NCBI RefSeq assembly: GCF_009914755.1
Contig: NC_060932.1
Length of the DNA: 64,000 bases
Strand: one strand, 5' to 3'
From: the human T2T-CHM13v2.0 reference genome, Homo sapiens
The notes under the pieces were generated by a model that was not told the origin of the DNA, did no database searches, and worked only from the letters and a program-made list of their open reading frames with translations. A program made the translations under genes and the position numbers. Of this stretch, positions 14,873-28,320 are shown in pieces (position 1 is the stretch's first letter; each line of letters starts with the position of its first letter).

Positions 14873-15284
14873 ATGGAGAAGGGGACTGGAAGAAAGAGAG
14901 AAGCCAAGCTGTGGTGAAAGGAAACCACAGAACACGTTTAGGAAATGCCTTTCTCTGATCCTGCTGAAGACCTGTGTCCTACTTTACTCAATGGATGCAT
15001 GGCACTGGAATGAGTTCACCTCCACATCCTCCTCTCTGCACCCAAAGCACTCTCCAGCTTCACCCTTCTTCTTTTGATCTTGTCTTTTAAAAGAAGGAGC
15101 TGTTTCTCCTTTCAAAGGCTAATTTTCTCATCTATAAACCTTATCCAATTATTCCCCACTCCTGTTGATCTCTTGCTCCAATAATTTCAAACTTTTGTTG
15201 TCTGCTGTGTAACCTAACTCCAGCCCTCTAATTTTTCTCCTTGAAAAGCAGCCTATACTTAGCTTCCTTTCCTCTGGCTGAATT

Positions 15285-16660
15285 ATAATTTTGTCTTTCT
15301 CTTTTGTTTACAACTGTTGGAGTATAACATACCTGGGTATGTTTTTTTTTTGTTGTAATTATCCTGCCTGGTAACCCCCTGAGCCTCTCGGATCTGTAAT
15401 TTGGTGTCTGTCATTACTTTGGGAAACTTCTCAGCCACCATTTCTTTAAATATTTTCCCATCTCTATTCTCTCTCTCCAGTCTCCTTCTGGAATTCCAAT
15501 AAACTATATGTTAGACTGATTTTACCCCAGAGCTCTGAGGCGTTTGGTTTTATTCTTGTTTTTCCTTTTTAAAAATTTTTTCTCTTTGTGTTTTAGTTTG
15601 GGTAATTTCTATTAACTCATTCATTCTTGTGCATTGCCTACCTTTTCTATTAGAGCCTTTAGCTTATTAATCATAGTTATTTTAAGCCCCCTATCAGGTG
15701 GTTCCAACATCTGTGACATGTCTGAGTCTGGTCCCGATGACTGCTTTGTCTCCTGGGATATTTTTTTTTTTTTCTGTTTTCTAACTTTTAGTTTCAGGAG
15801 TACGTCTGCAGGTTTGTTATATGGGTAAATTGCGTGTTGCAGGGGTTCAGTATACAGATTATTTCAATACCCAGGTAATAAGCGTAATACCTGATAAGTA
15901 GGCTTTTGATCCACATCCTCCTTCCATCCTCTACCCTCAAGTGGGCCCCAGTGTCTGCTGTTCTTTTCTTTGTATTCTTGTGTACTTGTATTAGTCCGTT
16001 TTTATGCTGCTGATAAAGACATACCTAAGACTGGGAAGAAAAAGAGGTTTAATTGGACTTATAGTTCCACATGGCCGGGGAAGCCTCAGAATCATGGTGG
16101 GAGGTGAAAGGTACTTCTTACATGGTGGCAGCAAAAGTAAATGAGGAAGATGCAAAAGTGGAAACCCCTGATAAAACCATCAGATCTCGTGAGACTTATT
16201 CACTACCACGAGAACAGTATGGGGGAAACTGCCCCCATGATTCAAATTATTTCCCACTAGGTCCCTCCCACAACACGTGGGAATTATGGGAGCACAATTC
16301 AAAATGAGATTTGGGTGGGGACACAGAGCCAAACCATATCAGTACTCAATATTTAGCTCCCACTTATAAGTGAGAACATATGGGATTTGCTATTCTGTTC
16401 CTGTGTTGGTTTACTTAGGATAATGTCCTCCACCTCCACCAATGTTGCTGCAAAGGACATGACCTCATTCCTTTTTATGGCTGCATAGTATTTCATGGTG
16501 TGTATGTACCACATTTTCTTTATCCAGTCTACTGTTGATGGTCATCTGGGTTGATTCCATGTCTTTGCTGTTGTAAATAGGGCTGTGATGAACATTTAGG
16601 TGCATGTGTCTCTATAATAGAACGATTTTATCTTTTTCTTGCCTTTTTGCATGCCTAGTA
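15285..16660 (-). mobile_element. Nested antisense L1 fragments (old L1M plus an L1PB/MA-like 3' end)
   Basis: T-rich antisense L1 motifs such as TTTAGCTCCCACTTATAAGTGAGAACAT and CCACATTTTCTTTATCCAGTC. Confidence 0.8.
15987..16341 (-). mobile_element. THE1 (MaLR) solo LTR
   Basis: TGTATTAGTCC...CAAACCATATCA is the reverse complement of the THE1 termini; 5-bp TSD GTACT on both sides. Confidence 0.93.
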
Positions 16661-17501
16661 ATTTTTATATTGAAAGTGTGGGAGAATAAAGATGGGGGTA
16701 AATACATTTTAATGCCTGGAAATGGGCACATCTTTCCTTCTGCTAGTTCTGCTAGGTCTCTAGTGTAAGGGTTTGAGTTGATCTAACTAGGAGTTGGGCT
16801 GACTTGGAGGTTTGTTGTCTCTGTGGTTACTCTCAGTGACCTGCCAGCCTCACATTCCTCTAGTGATACCCTGTGTTCAGGGCAAGGGCTGATTGCCAAG
16901 TCTATTTTCCAGTGACTGCTGCACTCTCAGACTTCAGTCTTTCCTGTGCACCATGTCTCAGAGAAAGTCTCTTTCCTGCATATTACTTGTCAATCCATGC
17001 TTGTCAGCCTTGTAGTAGGGAATGAGGGTCGGAGGTTGTTCTCTTATTCTGATTAAGCCTCAGTCTTGGGCAGGCAGTTTATCCCCAGAAACCAAGGAAA
17101 TGGCATTTTCAGTGATCCTGCCAATCCTTCAATAATCCCGCCCTTTCCTCTAACACAGTCCTGAATCTAGCTTGTAATCTTGCTCCCGTCCCAAAATAAA
17201 GCTTTTGTCTTCTAGGGGAGACACAGGGGGAAAGTCATACGCCAACTCCCCTCCCTCCATGCTCTGAGCACCGCCTTTGTACCTCTCTCTGTGCACTCGG
17301 CATATCCTGTGTGGTAGGGAGTATACTTCTAAATATACTTTATCTTGCCTAATAGAAGATATGATCTTCCTGTGTTGTCAATCTTGGCTTTTTATTACAT
17401 ATTTGTTCTATACATGGTTTATCTTTTATCTCAACCAAAACCATTTCTTCTTTGATAATACAGTACAAACTTTTCCCTTTTTAAAAAAAAAATATATTTC
17501 C

Positions 17502-17617
17502 AGCTGGGCACAGTGGCTCATGCCTGTAATCCCAGTACTTTGGGAGGCTGAGGCAGACAGATCACTTGATGCCAGGAGTTCAAGGCCAGCCTGGCCAACA
17601 TGGTAAAACCCTCTCTA

Positions 17618-17652
<35 letters not shown>

Positions 17653-17811
17653 AGCCAGATGAGGTGGTGCACACCTATAATCCCAGCTACTCAGGAGACT
17701 GAGGCATGAGAATCACGGGAACATGGGAGGCAGAAGTTGTAGTGGGCCAAGATCGTACCACCGCACTCCAACCTGGGTGACGGAGTGAGACTTTGTCTCA
17801 AAAAAAAAAAA
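17502..17811 (+). mobile_element. Alu (AluS-like) with expanded central A32
   Basis: Dimer with a pure A run at 17619-17650 in the linker. Confidence 0.93.
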
Positions 17812-17939
17812 TTAATATTTCCCTTTTGCAATTTCTTATACTTCCTTCAACCTCCAAATACACAAATAGCATAGAGAATTAAAGTTGACCTCATCCTTTT
17901 CTGCAAGTTCTCCAAATAGAGTTATAATTATATATGACT

Positions 17940-18130
17940 AAGGGTCTGCAATCCTACACTAGAGCCACAGCTCCCCACTCAGTTGTTGCATGGCATTAGG
18001 CAAAGGACTTAAACTTCTAAGCCTTAGTGGGGATAAACGAGGCAAAAATTCATATTTAATTCACAGGATTGCTGTGAAAACTAAATGAGATAATGCATGT
18101 GATAAGCACTATGCAGGTGTTAGTTTCTTG
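17940..18130. mobile_element. MIR fragment
   Basis: CACAGGATTGCTGTGAAAACTAAATGAGATAATGCATGT. Confidence 0.65.
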
Positions 18131-18798
18131 TAAAATTATCATTTTAAGAAATAGTTGCTTTTGGCAGAGAGGAGGAATGGAATTAACTTTTACTGAGTCC
18201 TACGCACAATGCTCAGTGCCTCTGCAGTCTCCATCTTAGTGAAGCCACACCAGTTAAAAGGCATATGTATTATCATTAACCTCGTGTGACAGAGGCAAGG
18301 TGCAAACAAGTTCCTTTGTCACCACTGACATAGCCTATGTAGCTGTGAACTATTACTTTCTTCTTATGACTGCAGAAAATATCTTCTGTGGAGTACAGAC
18401 ACATAACATAGCCACACCAAAAGGTTACTTAGGAAGGTGGTAGACAAGTAACCTTCCAAAGCAGTGAATTCACCACCAAGCCTTGAGACTCCACATGTTC
18501 AGCTATACAGGTTTTGACAAATGCAATGAGTCATGTATCTACCACCACAGAACCATAACGAATGGTCCCACCACTCCAGAAATTCCCTCATGCTGCCCCT
18601 TTATGTGGTTTAGACATTAAGATAGAATCAAACAGCTAATACGCCCTATTCGGGTCTCCGGTTCCCAGGACCCACTGCCCTGAGCTCCTGAATGGGACTC
18701 AGTTTAACAACCCCAGCTTGGTTGTCCAGTGACTGTGAACCCATAGCTTTTTTCTGTAGGTTATGTTCTGCAAGACTAGAGACTATTTTTAGTTTCTT

Positions 18799-18929
18799 GC
18801 ACTGTAACCCTAGTCTTGGCTAGGCTCAGGCACTGTAACCCTGGTCCAGGCTAGCCTCAGGCACTGCAACCCTAGTCTAGACTAGTCTGCGGCATTGCTA
18901 ACCTAGTCTAGGCTAGCCTCAGGCACTGC
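18799..18929. repeat. 31-bp minisatellite, about 4.2 copies
   Basis: Units start at 18799, 18830, 18861 and 18892; consensus GCACTGYAACCCTAGTCTAGGCTAGCCTCAG. Confidence 0.92.
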
Positions 18930-19113
18930 TCAGAGGCAGGCACCAAGGATCCACAGGCCAAGATGCCCTATAACTACCCCTGCCCCATCCACCATCCGCC
19001 ATCAAGCCATCGCAGGGCTGGGCATCATGGGCTGGGGCCTCTGCAGACTTTCTCCTTGGGGCCCAGAGTCCCTTTTTATGATACCTAAAAGGTCCAAAGC
19101 ATAACAGGCCTTC

Positions 19114-19409
19114 TTTTTGAGACAGAGTCTCATGCTGTCACCCAGGCTGGAAGGCAGTGGCACAATCTCAGCTCACTGCAACCTCTACCTCCCAGGTTCA
19201 AGTGATTCTCCTTGCCTCAGCCTCCCAAGTAGCTGGGATTACAGGTGCCTGCTGCCACACCCCTCTAATTTTTGTATTTTTGTATTTTTAGTAGAGATGG
19301 GGTTGTACCATGTTGGCCAGGCTAGTCTTGAACTCCTGACCTCAAGTGATCCACCCACCTCAGCCTCCCAAAGTGCTGAGTTTACAGGCGTGAGCCACCG
19401 AGCCTGGCC
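19114..19409 (-). mobile_element. Alu (AluS-like)
   Basis: Antisense dimer; TSD ACAGGCCTTCT / ACAGGCTTTCT. Confidence 0.95.
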
Positions 19410-20739
19410 ACAGGCTTTCTATTTCTCCTCCATTTTCCTATTTAAAAACTAGAAGCCAAAGATTGAATTTGCACAGTTCTTATGCTATAGCAACAAAACG
19501 CACAGTTGCAGCAAGTGAATCTGTGTTTTTAAAACACATTCTCTTTTCTTTTTTCTTGCCATCAATGTACTGTTTCTATTTCATATGAACTGATAATTAT
19601 TATATGCAATGCTTTCCCATCATGAACACTTAGTCATTTTTTAAAAACATTGCTTTGATCATGTCACTTCCCCGGCCCAAAACATTACCCAGTTTGCAGT
19701 TGTTTGCCATTTAGCCATCTCTAAATCCACCCAAATTGCCTCCCATGCCTCCCACACACAAAGCTCTGCTCTGGCCAAACAGGACTTATTTGCATCCACT
19801 CTACCCTTGCCTCTTCTGCAAGGATCACCACGACCGTGAAGCCCTCTCAGACCACAGGAATGAACTTCCTCTCTCATCTGGATTCCTGTAACCCAAATTC
19901 CCCATCATGCTAAGATGTCCTGACGTATTATGGCTATTAACATATGCCCTGCAAGATCTCTCACCGTGGTAAAGAGTTAAGCTTCCCTTAAGTAACCATC
20001 TATCTCTGTCTTGTAGACACTGCGAACTGTGTAACAGAGTCTTTCCCTCCACCTGCTGACTGCTAAAACCTGAGAGCTAAATTTGTACCCTATTTCTACG
20101 AAGTACACAGGACCTGATACCACACATATACAATATACACATACACTATACAAAACAGTAACTTATACTTCAACCCTGGCTCAAATTATCACTTCCCATC
20201 CTTGTTTTCTCTTGGACTCATTTGTCTTTCTGATTTATATTTTATCTTGCCACATTGCATGCATTTTTTTGGAAGGTAGGATGAAAGTGAGTGAGAAAAA
20301 GCTAGAATTCTTTCCCATGCCTGGCACAGACTCCCTGTACTCCCTGTGATGCGAGGTTGACAAGTGGATCTTCTTATGCTGATATTTGTCATTATCTAAG
20401 GGGTATGTCTGGAAATAGGCACACATTCTTCAATCTGTCTCTGTTATGACCAACCAAAACTCAGGAGGCCTCAGAACCTGGGTACATTAAACATCACAAA
20501 GGTCTTGATGTAGGAATCTCCCATCGTTTTCAGAAAAAAACAACAAGACAATGGATGCCAGGAGCTAAATGTCCAAAATAGTTGTGTGATGATGGTAGGA
20601 GCAAATCAGCAAAAAATCCCTGTGTTGTTTCTTACTGGGATTCTAGACCTTGATCTTCCCCTCTTGGTATAAAGCTTCACGTCCACAGTTAAAGCCACTC
20701 ATTCTGCAAGTGTCTGTCTGAGTCATTTCTACGTGGGAG

Positions 20740-21265
20740 GATGCCAGACAATGCCAGCTGCCTGCATTCACCTCTCTTCTTTATGAGTAGCACCCCAATT
20801 TTTGCTCCAGGCAGCCATACATTCTTCCTCATGAGAAAACAACAATGAAAAAACACCTCCCTCGCCTAGATCCCCTGCAGCTAAGTATTGCCACATGGCA
20901 TACTTCTGGCCAGTGAGACATAAGCTGAAGCTCACTAGTTAGGGTCTTCCAAGAAAGCTATCATTTTTCTAATAATAGAAGGAGCACACTAGGCTGGCTC
21001 ATCCCTTTTGACCTCACTTTTTGCCCTTTAGACTTCCTGGAAGGTGGATGTAATCACAGAGGTACAAGAGCCATTTTGCAAACCTGAGAATGATGAGAAA
21101 GGCAGAGGAGAAAGCTAAAGGGCACTGGTGACATGGAAGAGCCACTGTGCCAGTCTGGAGCCACTACCCCTGTCCTTCTCCTAGCACAAGAGAAGTGAAA
21201 CCCCGCAATTCATGCCAGCATTTTAGGTTTTCCATTACAGGCAGCCAAAGTCAATCCCTAGTGAT
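20740..21265. mobile_element. Old MLT1 LTR remnant
   Basis: TTCTGGCCAGTGAGACATAAGC, GCCATTTTGCAA, TTACAGGCAGCCAAAGTCAATCCCTA. Confidence 0.55.
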
Positions 21266-21304
21266 GTAGGGAGGCAGCGTGCTTAATAATAAGAGAGATA
21301 AATA

Positions 21305-21501
21305 AGACGCGATCCCAGTCCACACATGGTTCTCATGTATCAGGGAGAGATAAGAAACTCGGAGGAATAATCATAAAGCCTGATGGACCATGACAAGCAC
21401 AGAAGCCATAGCTGGGGTGCTCAAAAGAGTTCAGAGGAGGGAGAAATGGCTTCTAGCTAAAAGCAATTAAATTGGGCCACTTCACACTAAAATATCACAT
21501 T
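21305..21501 (+). repeat. 197-bp dispersed direct repeat, copy 1 (L2-like remnant)
   Basis: Aligns ungapped to 22451-22647 with 10 mismatches by manual count. Confidence 0.95.
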
Positions 21502-22450
21502 TATCCTACCTGGAGAGACACTGTTCAATCCAAGAGAATCAACCTCTCCTGGTAGAACTGTATGCATTACATGTCTTGGGAGGTAGTTTCGAGGAGTGGC
21601 TCCCTTCCCCGGACAGGGCTAAGGAGTGTGGCTGTGCCAGGCGTGGCATGGGAAGACATCATGCTGATTCTCTCTCTCCACCCTCCCTCCCCTCTACCTC
21701 CCATCCACTTGCTTGTTCTCAGAGCCCAAAAGGGAAAAAGCTTTCCTCCATCGCTCTCTGGATGATTCTGGTGCTGCTGGCTCATGCCCAAGAATGTCCT
21801 GGCCAAGCAGCATCCCAGAGGAGGGTTTTGGTTGCATGTTTTAAAACATCACAACGAAGCCCCTGATGAAGAATCTGAGCCAGATACCTGTCCCCAAGGG
21901 GGCCTGCTGAAGTGGTAAGGACGGCCCTGTGCAGAGGCCCTGAGACCTCAGATCTCATCTCCTATAGGAGCTGCACAGCCAGGACAGAGAAGAAAACACA
22001 CACTGGGTTTTAAAGCACTGTTTCCCGGACCACACTAGGTGACAATAAACATGAGATCCAAGAATCAGTGACCAAACAGTATAGCCAGCCCTCTCCTTTT
22101 CTGCTGGAATTCAGTCACCTTGAAATGTTCCCCATTGGGTTCTCAGTTCAAGGCTCATACCCCAGAACCACATTGGAGATATCTGCCAGATTTTTCTCTT
22201 GAGTCCTAGTCCTGTCACCACCATTTCCAAAACCTGCTGTGAACAACATCCCGGAGACTGTGAAACTGATCTCCAGGCCCATGCAACAAGCCCAAGTCCC
22301 CAGCCAAGACCTCAAGCCCTCTGCCTACTCCACCCACCATGTATAGAAGGATTCTAATCAACAAAGTACAGAAATCACTGTTTGCACTCTGAAATCTGCA
22401 ACTTCAAAAATATTTTACCCAAAACACATAGGCACAGACAACAACACATG

Positions 22451-22647
22451 AGACACGATCCTAGTCTGCACATGGTTCTCATGTATCAGGGGGAGATAAG
22501 AAACTCGGAGGAATAATCATAAAGCCTGATGGACCATGACAAGCACATGAGCCATAGCTGGGGTGCTCAAGAGAGTTCAGAGGAGGGAGAAATGGCTTCT
22601 AGCTAAAAGCATTTAAATTGGGCCACTTCACACTAAAATACCACATT
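22451..22647 (+). repeat. 197-bp dispersed direct repeat, copy 2
   Basis: About 95% identical to 21305-21501; offset 1146 bp. Confidence 0.95.
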
Positions 22648-25156
22648 CCATGACAAACACAGAATTCTGTCTGTCATGGAAAATGTTAAATTTGAAAAGA
22701 CCGCCAAAGTCTTCTCATCATATCACATACTTGAGAAATATCACGCATTATGCTGAGAACACATTTATGCCTAATGAACTGCACGATATATGCAAATTAA
22801 AACATGCTAATTGGCTTTAGCTGTTCCTTTACATAAAGTCAATACTTCTATGGATCATTAAATGTATTCCTTTCATATTAATTTCAAAAGAAAAATTAAT
22901 TGCTATAAAAACAAATTCCCAGGTGTAGCCAATGTAAAGATTCAAATCTAAAATGTTGCTACAGTAAAACATTTACTGTGTCAGCTCCCAATACCTAGTA
23001 AGTCTTCGACTCAAGCGAAAAAAAGAAATTTCATATTGAATTTTTTTTCTGTGATTTAAAACTGATTAATTCATGTTGGTTTAAATTCAATAGAAACCTT
23101 TTGCTTACATTTCAAATTTGTTTAAAATAAGCATTTAGTTATCTATCTTTTTTTCCTAATTAGATGAGAAAAAGAACATTAAAACCAAGAAGGAAGCAAA
23201 AGAAATTGGCGCTTGAGACCGCCCTGCCTCTCCCATTGACTGCTCTCTCCCCTAAAATGTACACAGTATAGTGTATGGCACATAAAGGGCCTCCATCAGT
23301 ATTTTTTATTTAAATAAATGAATTAATCCATTAGCTTTTTGCAATGTTTTATGATGCCTTTAGCTAATTAAAATTAAAATAATAGTTATAATTTCTTGGA
23401 TGCTTACTTTCTGCCAGGTACCCTACAATGTAGGTGTTCTCTTCAGTTTCCAGATACAAAAACAGAGGCCCAGCAAAGTCAACTCAAATAGGTATTAGGT
23501 TTCAGAGCCAAGATGCAAATCCAGGTCTGGCCACAAAAGTCAACACCATTTGCACATGGTCTCCCCAGCCTAGGGTCATGGGTGGTTACTGGAGAAGGGG
23601 ACAGATGGGAGCATGTGGTCCACCAAATTCAATCCAGCTGGCCACTCTGCAGGGGACCTCACAGCCCTGGCGCATTGACCAGAGTCATGGATGGGCACTG
23701 GCCTTGCACTCTCACCGAGGGCAGGGTCATCCCTCGGAGAGACTCACATTAACCAAGCCCAAAGTGCTGGGTATGACTACAGCACCAACTCCTCTTTTGC
23801 AATAGGAATTAACATGTTGGGGACCAGTATATTCTCCCCAGGTAGCAAGATCTGCAACAGGTAAAGCCCAGCAAATATCAGAACGTTGTTGGGAAAACCA
23901 AAACAGAAGCAAGTACAACGATTTCCCAAATGTTTTCAGGGCAACTAGGCTATTTGGATTTCCTTGGCTGTCACTACTACCTGCCACCGATCTTTATTCT
24001 AGGGACAAAGATTAGATAAGTGATTCCAAAGTCTCAAGATTCTCCCTTTTCAATCATCTCCACTTTTTAGAGCAAGCCTCCTCTATTTGTATATGCTAAT
24101 TTATTTTCTCAGATTACCCTCAAGCCTCTGTCCTGGGAAATCTTCACCTTATTTTGGGCTCTGGCCCAAAGACCCAACGGATTGATACTAAAATTTAAGA
24201 TCAGTCTTATTTCCCTTATTTTCAAGCCCTTATATTTGAAGGAACTTATATTTGGGGTATACACCCAAATAAATGAAAACAATATCATATGTGTGTGTTT
24301 AATATTGTTAACGTGCTAACGAAAGACAAGTGGGCCGTAATAGAAACCCAAAACATCTTGAGGTGCGGATTCTTAGAAAGTGTAATTACACTTACATCAT
24401 GTAAAATGTCACATCACTTTCACGTTATTCAAATGCAAGGTACCATTCTGAAAAAAGAATAAATCAGTGTTTGCCACAAACCTCATGACTAGTTGACTTT
24501 GTTAGTTGTCAGGATATCAAAAGAAGAAAAAGGGAATGGAATTTATAAAATGATCCACTAAGGAACGGAAGTTGCTGGGACAGAGACATAAGATGAAGGC
24601 ATGAAGAGGAAGGCACAGCAACAGGTTTGCTTTCTGGTACAAGGACACAGAGGTCATGGCTAGTTCCTCCCACACTAGGATGTACTTTTTGGAAAAAGTG
24701 CCTCCTTTGAAAAGCTTATAATGAAGTCTAGTGATACATTGCACCATTTGATGGTACCGTACATGAGAAAATGCTAAAAACACTCTGGAAAATGCAAGTG
24801 GCTATATTACAATCTGTAGACAGTCCTGGTCCCAAATTCAAATGAAAATATAAACAGTTTGCTTGAAAACAGAGCTCTGACCTATAGTTCCCTGCTTAAC
24901 CAAAGGGTCTATTTTTAAAGATTAGGAAACTTTTTTCAATCAATAGAAGTAGTAACATATTACCATTTATTTCAAGGAGGGGAGGCCTCAAATCTCTCAT
25001 TTCGAAAACCCTAGGATTTTCTGGCTCTCAGATTTGTGCCTAAATCCTCCCTAAAGTAGAGATTTTGTATAAAATCTCCATGCTGATTTTCCAATATCCA
25101 ATAAGCTGAGCACGAGTTGTCCAGGAAAGCAAGACCACCGCTGCCCAGCAGCACAT

Positions 25157-25672
25157 TTGTATCAGTTTCCCAGGGCTGCGACTACAAACTACCTCAAACC
25201 TGGCAGCCTAAAACCACCCAAGTGTATCATCTTAAAATGCTGGAGGTCAGAAGTCCAAAATGCATCTCACTGGGCTAAAATCTAGGGCTCAGGAGAGCTG
25301 CATTCCCTCTGGAGGCTCTAGGAGAATCTATTTCTTTGCTTTTTCCAGTGTCCAGAAAATCCATTTCCATGCCTTTTCCAGAGGCTGTGGTTGGTGGCTC
25401 CTGAATCCATCTCCAAAGCCAGCAATGGCTGGCTGAGTTTTTCTCACACGGCATCACTTTGGTTCTCTGCCTTCATCACCACCTCTCTTTCTCTGATTCT
25501 TTCAAGAAGTCTGTGATACTGAACCCACCCAGATAACCCAGGATAATTTCTCCATCTCAAGATCCCTCCCTTCATCACATCAAACTCCCTTTTGCTGCAT
25601 ATAATAACAGATTACAATGACAAGGATTAGGACATGGCCGTCTTTGGGAGACCATTATTCTGCCTGCTGTTG
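25157..25672 (-). mobile_element. MLT1 solo LTR
   Basis: TGTATCAGTTTCCCAGGGCTGC...GGAGGCTCTAGGAGAATC...CCATTATTCTGCCTGCT. Confidence 0.8.
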
Positions 25673-26402
25673 CACCCTCAGCTAATACATAAGGATTCAC
25701 AAGATACAACGAAGGTGCAATGAAGTCAATACAAGTTGCAAATAGAAATCTGTTCTGCTCAGATACTTGAGTCCCACAGCCTTGTGGGTTTCATGCACAG
25801 ACACAGTGCATCCTCTGCGTGTTGTTGCCATGTGTCATGACCTTTCAGGGAGAGTGGAGTGGGAAACACAGAGTGCCACATGTGCTTGGTGGCCCCGCAT
25901 TCTCTTCTTTGGCTGGTGATGGATGACTATCCACCATCCCACGTAAGCAGAGAGCTGCGCCCTCAGCATCTCTGAGAGCCCTGCTGCCCCTGATCTCTCC
26001 TCCCTGGCTTCATTGTGGCTGTCTGACTCATGAGCTCCAACCTTGCTCCTGCCCATGCCTCCATCTACTCATCTCTAACTACTGCTGTTTAACCTGATGC
26101 AGGGTTCATCCTTACCCAAAAAAACTACAGAAGATCAGAAGTAAGCACCGAGTCTCCCTCTGACACTATGGATAACTGTCCATTTTCAGGCAGGTGCGGA
26201 AGTCCAAGGCACTAAGCCTTGGCGAGCGCTTTGCTAGTGCAGCCCACCCTCCATTCTAAAGAGATGGCTGAGTTTTGGAAGGCATAGCTATAAGAATCTG
26301 TGTCCTGGCTGCCCAAGGCAAGGGGGCACCCAGTGTGGCTCTGGAAAGTAGCTTGGTAAATAAGATGGAACCCAATGCATAAAAATACCTGAATTTCATT
26401 AA

Positions 26403-27045
<643 letters not shown>

Positions 27046-27439
27046 AAGGCTTAAATTTTTTTGCAAAGTCTCTGTGGCCATATTACCTAGGGAAAGTCAT
27101 GCGGCCTTGAATTTCCTAACAAAATACTGATAATTCTGCCTGCATCGCCTGTATATTGGAAATAATATAAGCTCCATGTATTTGGATAAAAAAGTTATTG
27201 TAAATAGTTACAGACTTTAAGATAAGTTAACATTAAATTTTAAAACAATAATATATAGAGCCTTTGATAAATGAAATAGCCCTATGGTTCTAAAATGATA
27301 CGTAATTAAAAAAACATGTTTATGACACAAAAAATTGTTAACTACCTTGATAAATACGGAACATTCATACAATCTAATATTATACAACTACTGTTGTGAA
27401 ATGAAAAAATATTCATTTTTATGTTTTTGTTTTCATGTT

Positions 27440-27670
27440 TACTTTTTGTTTCTTTTCCTTTGTATAGCTGACAAAAATTGTACACATTTACAGAGTACAA
27501 CATGATGTTTTGATACATGAATATATTGTAAAATGGTTAAGTCAAGCTAATTAACATATCATCACCTCACATGCTTATCATTTTTGGTGGTGAGAACATT
27601 TAAGATCTACTCTCTCAGCAATTAAAAAAGATACAATACACTATTATTAACTATAGTCACCATGTACAAA
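27440..27670 (-). mobile_element. L1MA-like 3' end
   Basis: GTGAGAACATTTAAGATCTACTCTCTCAGCAA...TATTAACTATAGTCACCATG. Confidence 0.78.
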
Positions 27671-28320
27671 TATTTTTAGAATGAGTATAAAGTCATATGA
27701 ACAATATAATACTGACTATGAAAAAAATATACTAGAAGACAATGGAAGGAAAACATCAAACTTTGGCAGAAATTTCCTCTGGATAGCAAGTATATCCGTT
27801 AAAAATCATTAGTGGCAAACAACAGGAACCGATTCTGACTAACTTCAACAAAAGGGGTTTTATTAGGACACTGAGAGCTCAGAGGACTGAAAGCTGAGGA
27901 GCCACACCTGTGAGTCAGTGAGAACTAAGGCAGTTCTAGAAGCTTCTAGACAGCAACCTTAGGAACATCCTCATACAGAGTTACTAGTCAAGGTGCCACT
28001 TCCAGGAATGAATAAACTCCAGCACTTTTATTCCCCTCAAAATTCAAATCCCTGGGAAGAAGCTTGCTATTGGTCCAGCCTGGGTCACACATCCATTCCT
28101 GGGGCTGAGGGAAGGCACCCGACCTGCTTTTCAATCACACCAGACTTTCCTTATCGGGAAGAGATGTGATTCCCCAAAAGGAAATCAGAGGGCTTATGGA
28201 AAGGAGTGGATGATGAGCAGCATGAAGGAGAAAAAAAATGTCCAGTGGAATTAGGAGTGACTTCTCCCTTTAACTATTTTCTTTAGTTGACAGGCTGCAC
28301 CTAGTAATTACAAAATTGTG

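Noticed and set aside
18799-18929. CRISPR-like appearance of 31-bp palindromic repeats
   Set aside because: Units are head-to-tail with no spacers, there are no cas genes, and the DNA is eukaryotic.
21305-22647. LTR pair flanking a small retroelement
   Set aside because: No TG...CA termini, PBS, PPT or TSD; the repeat content is L2-like.
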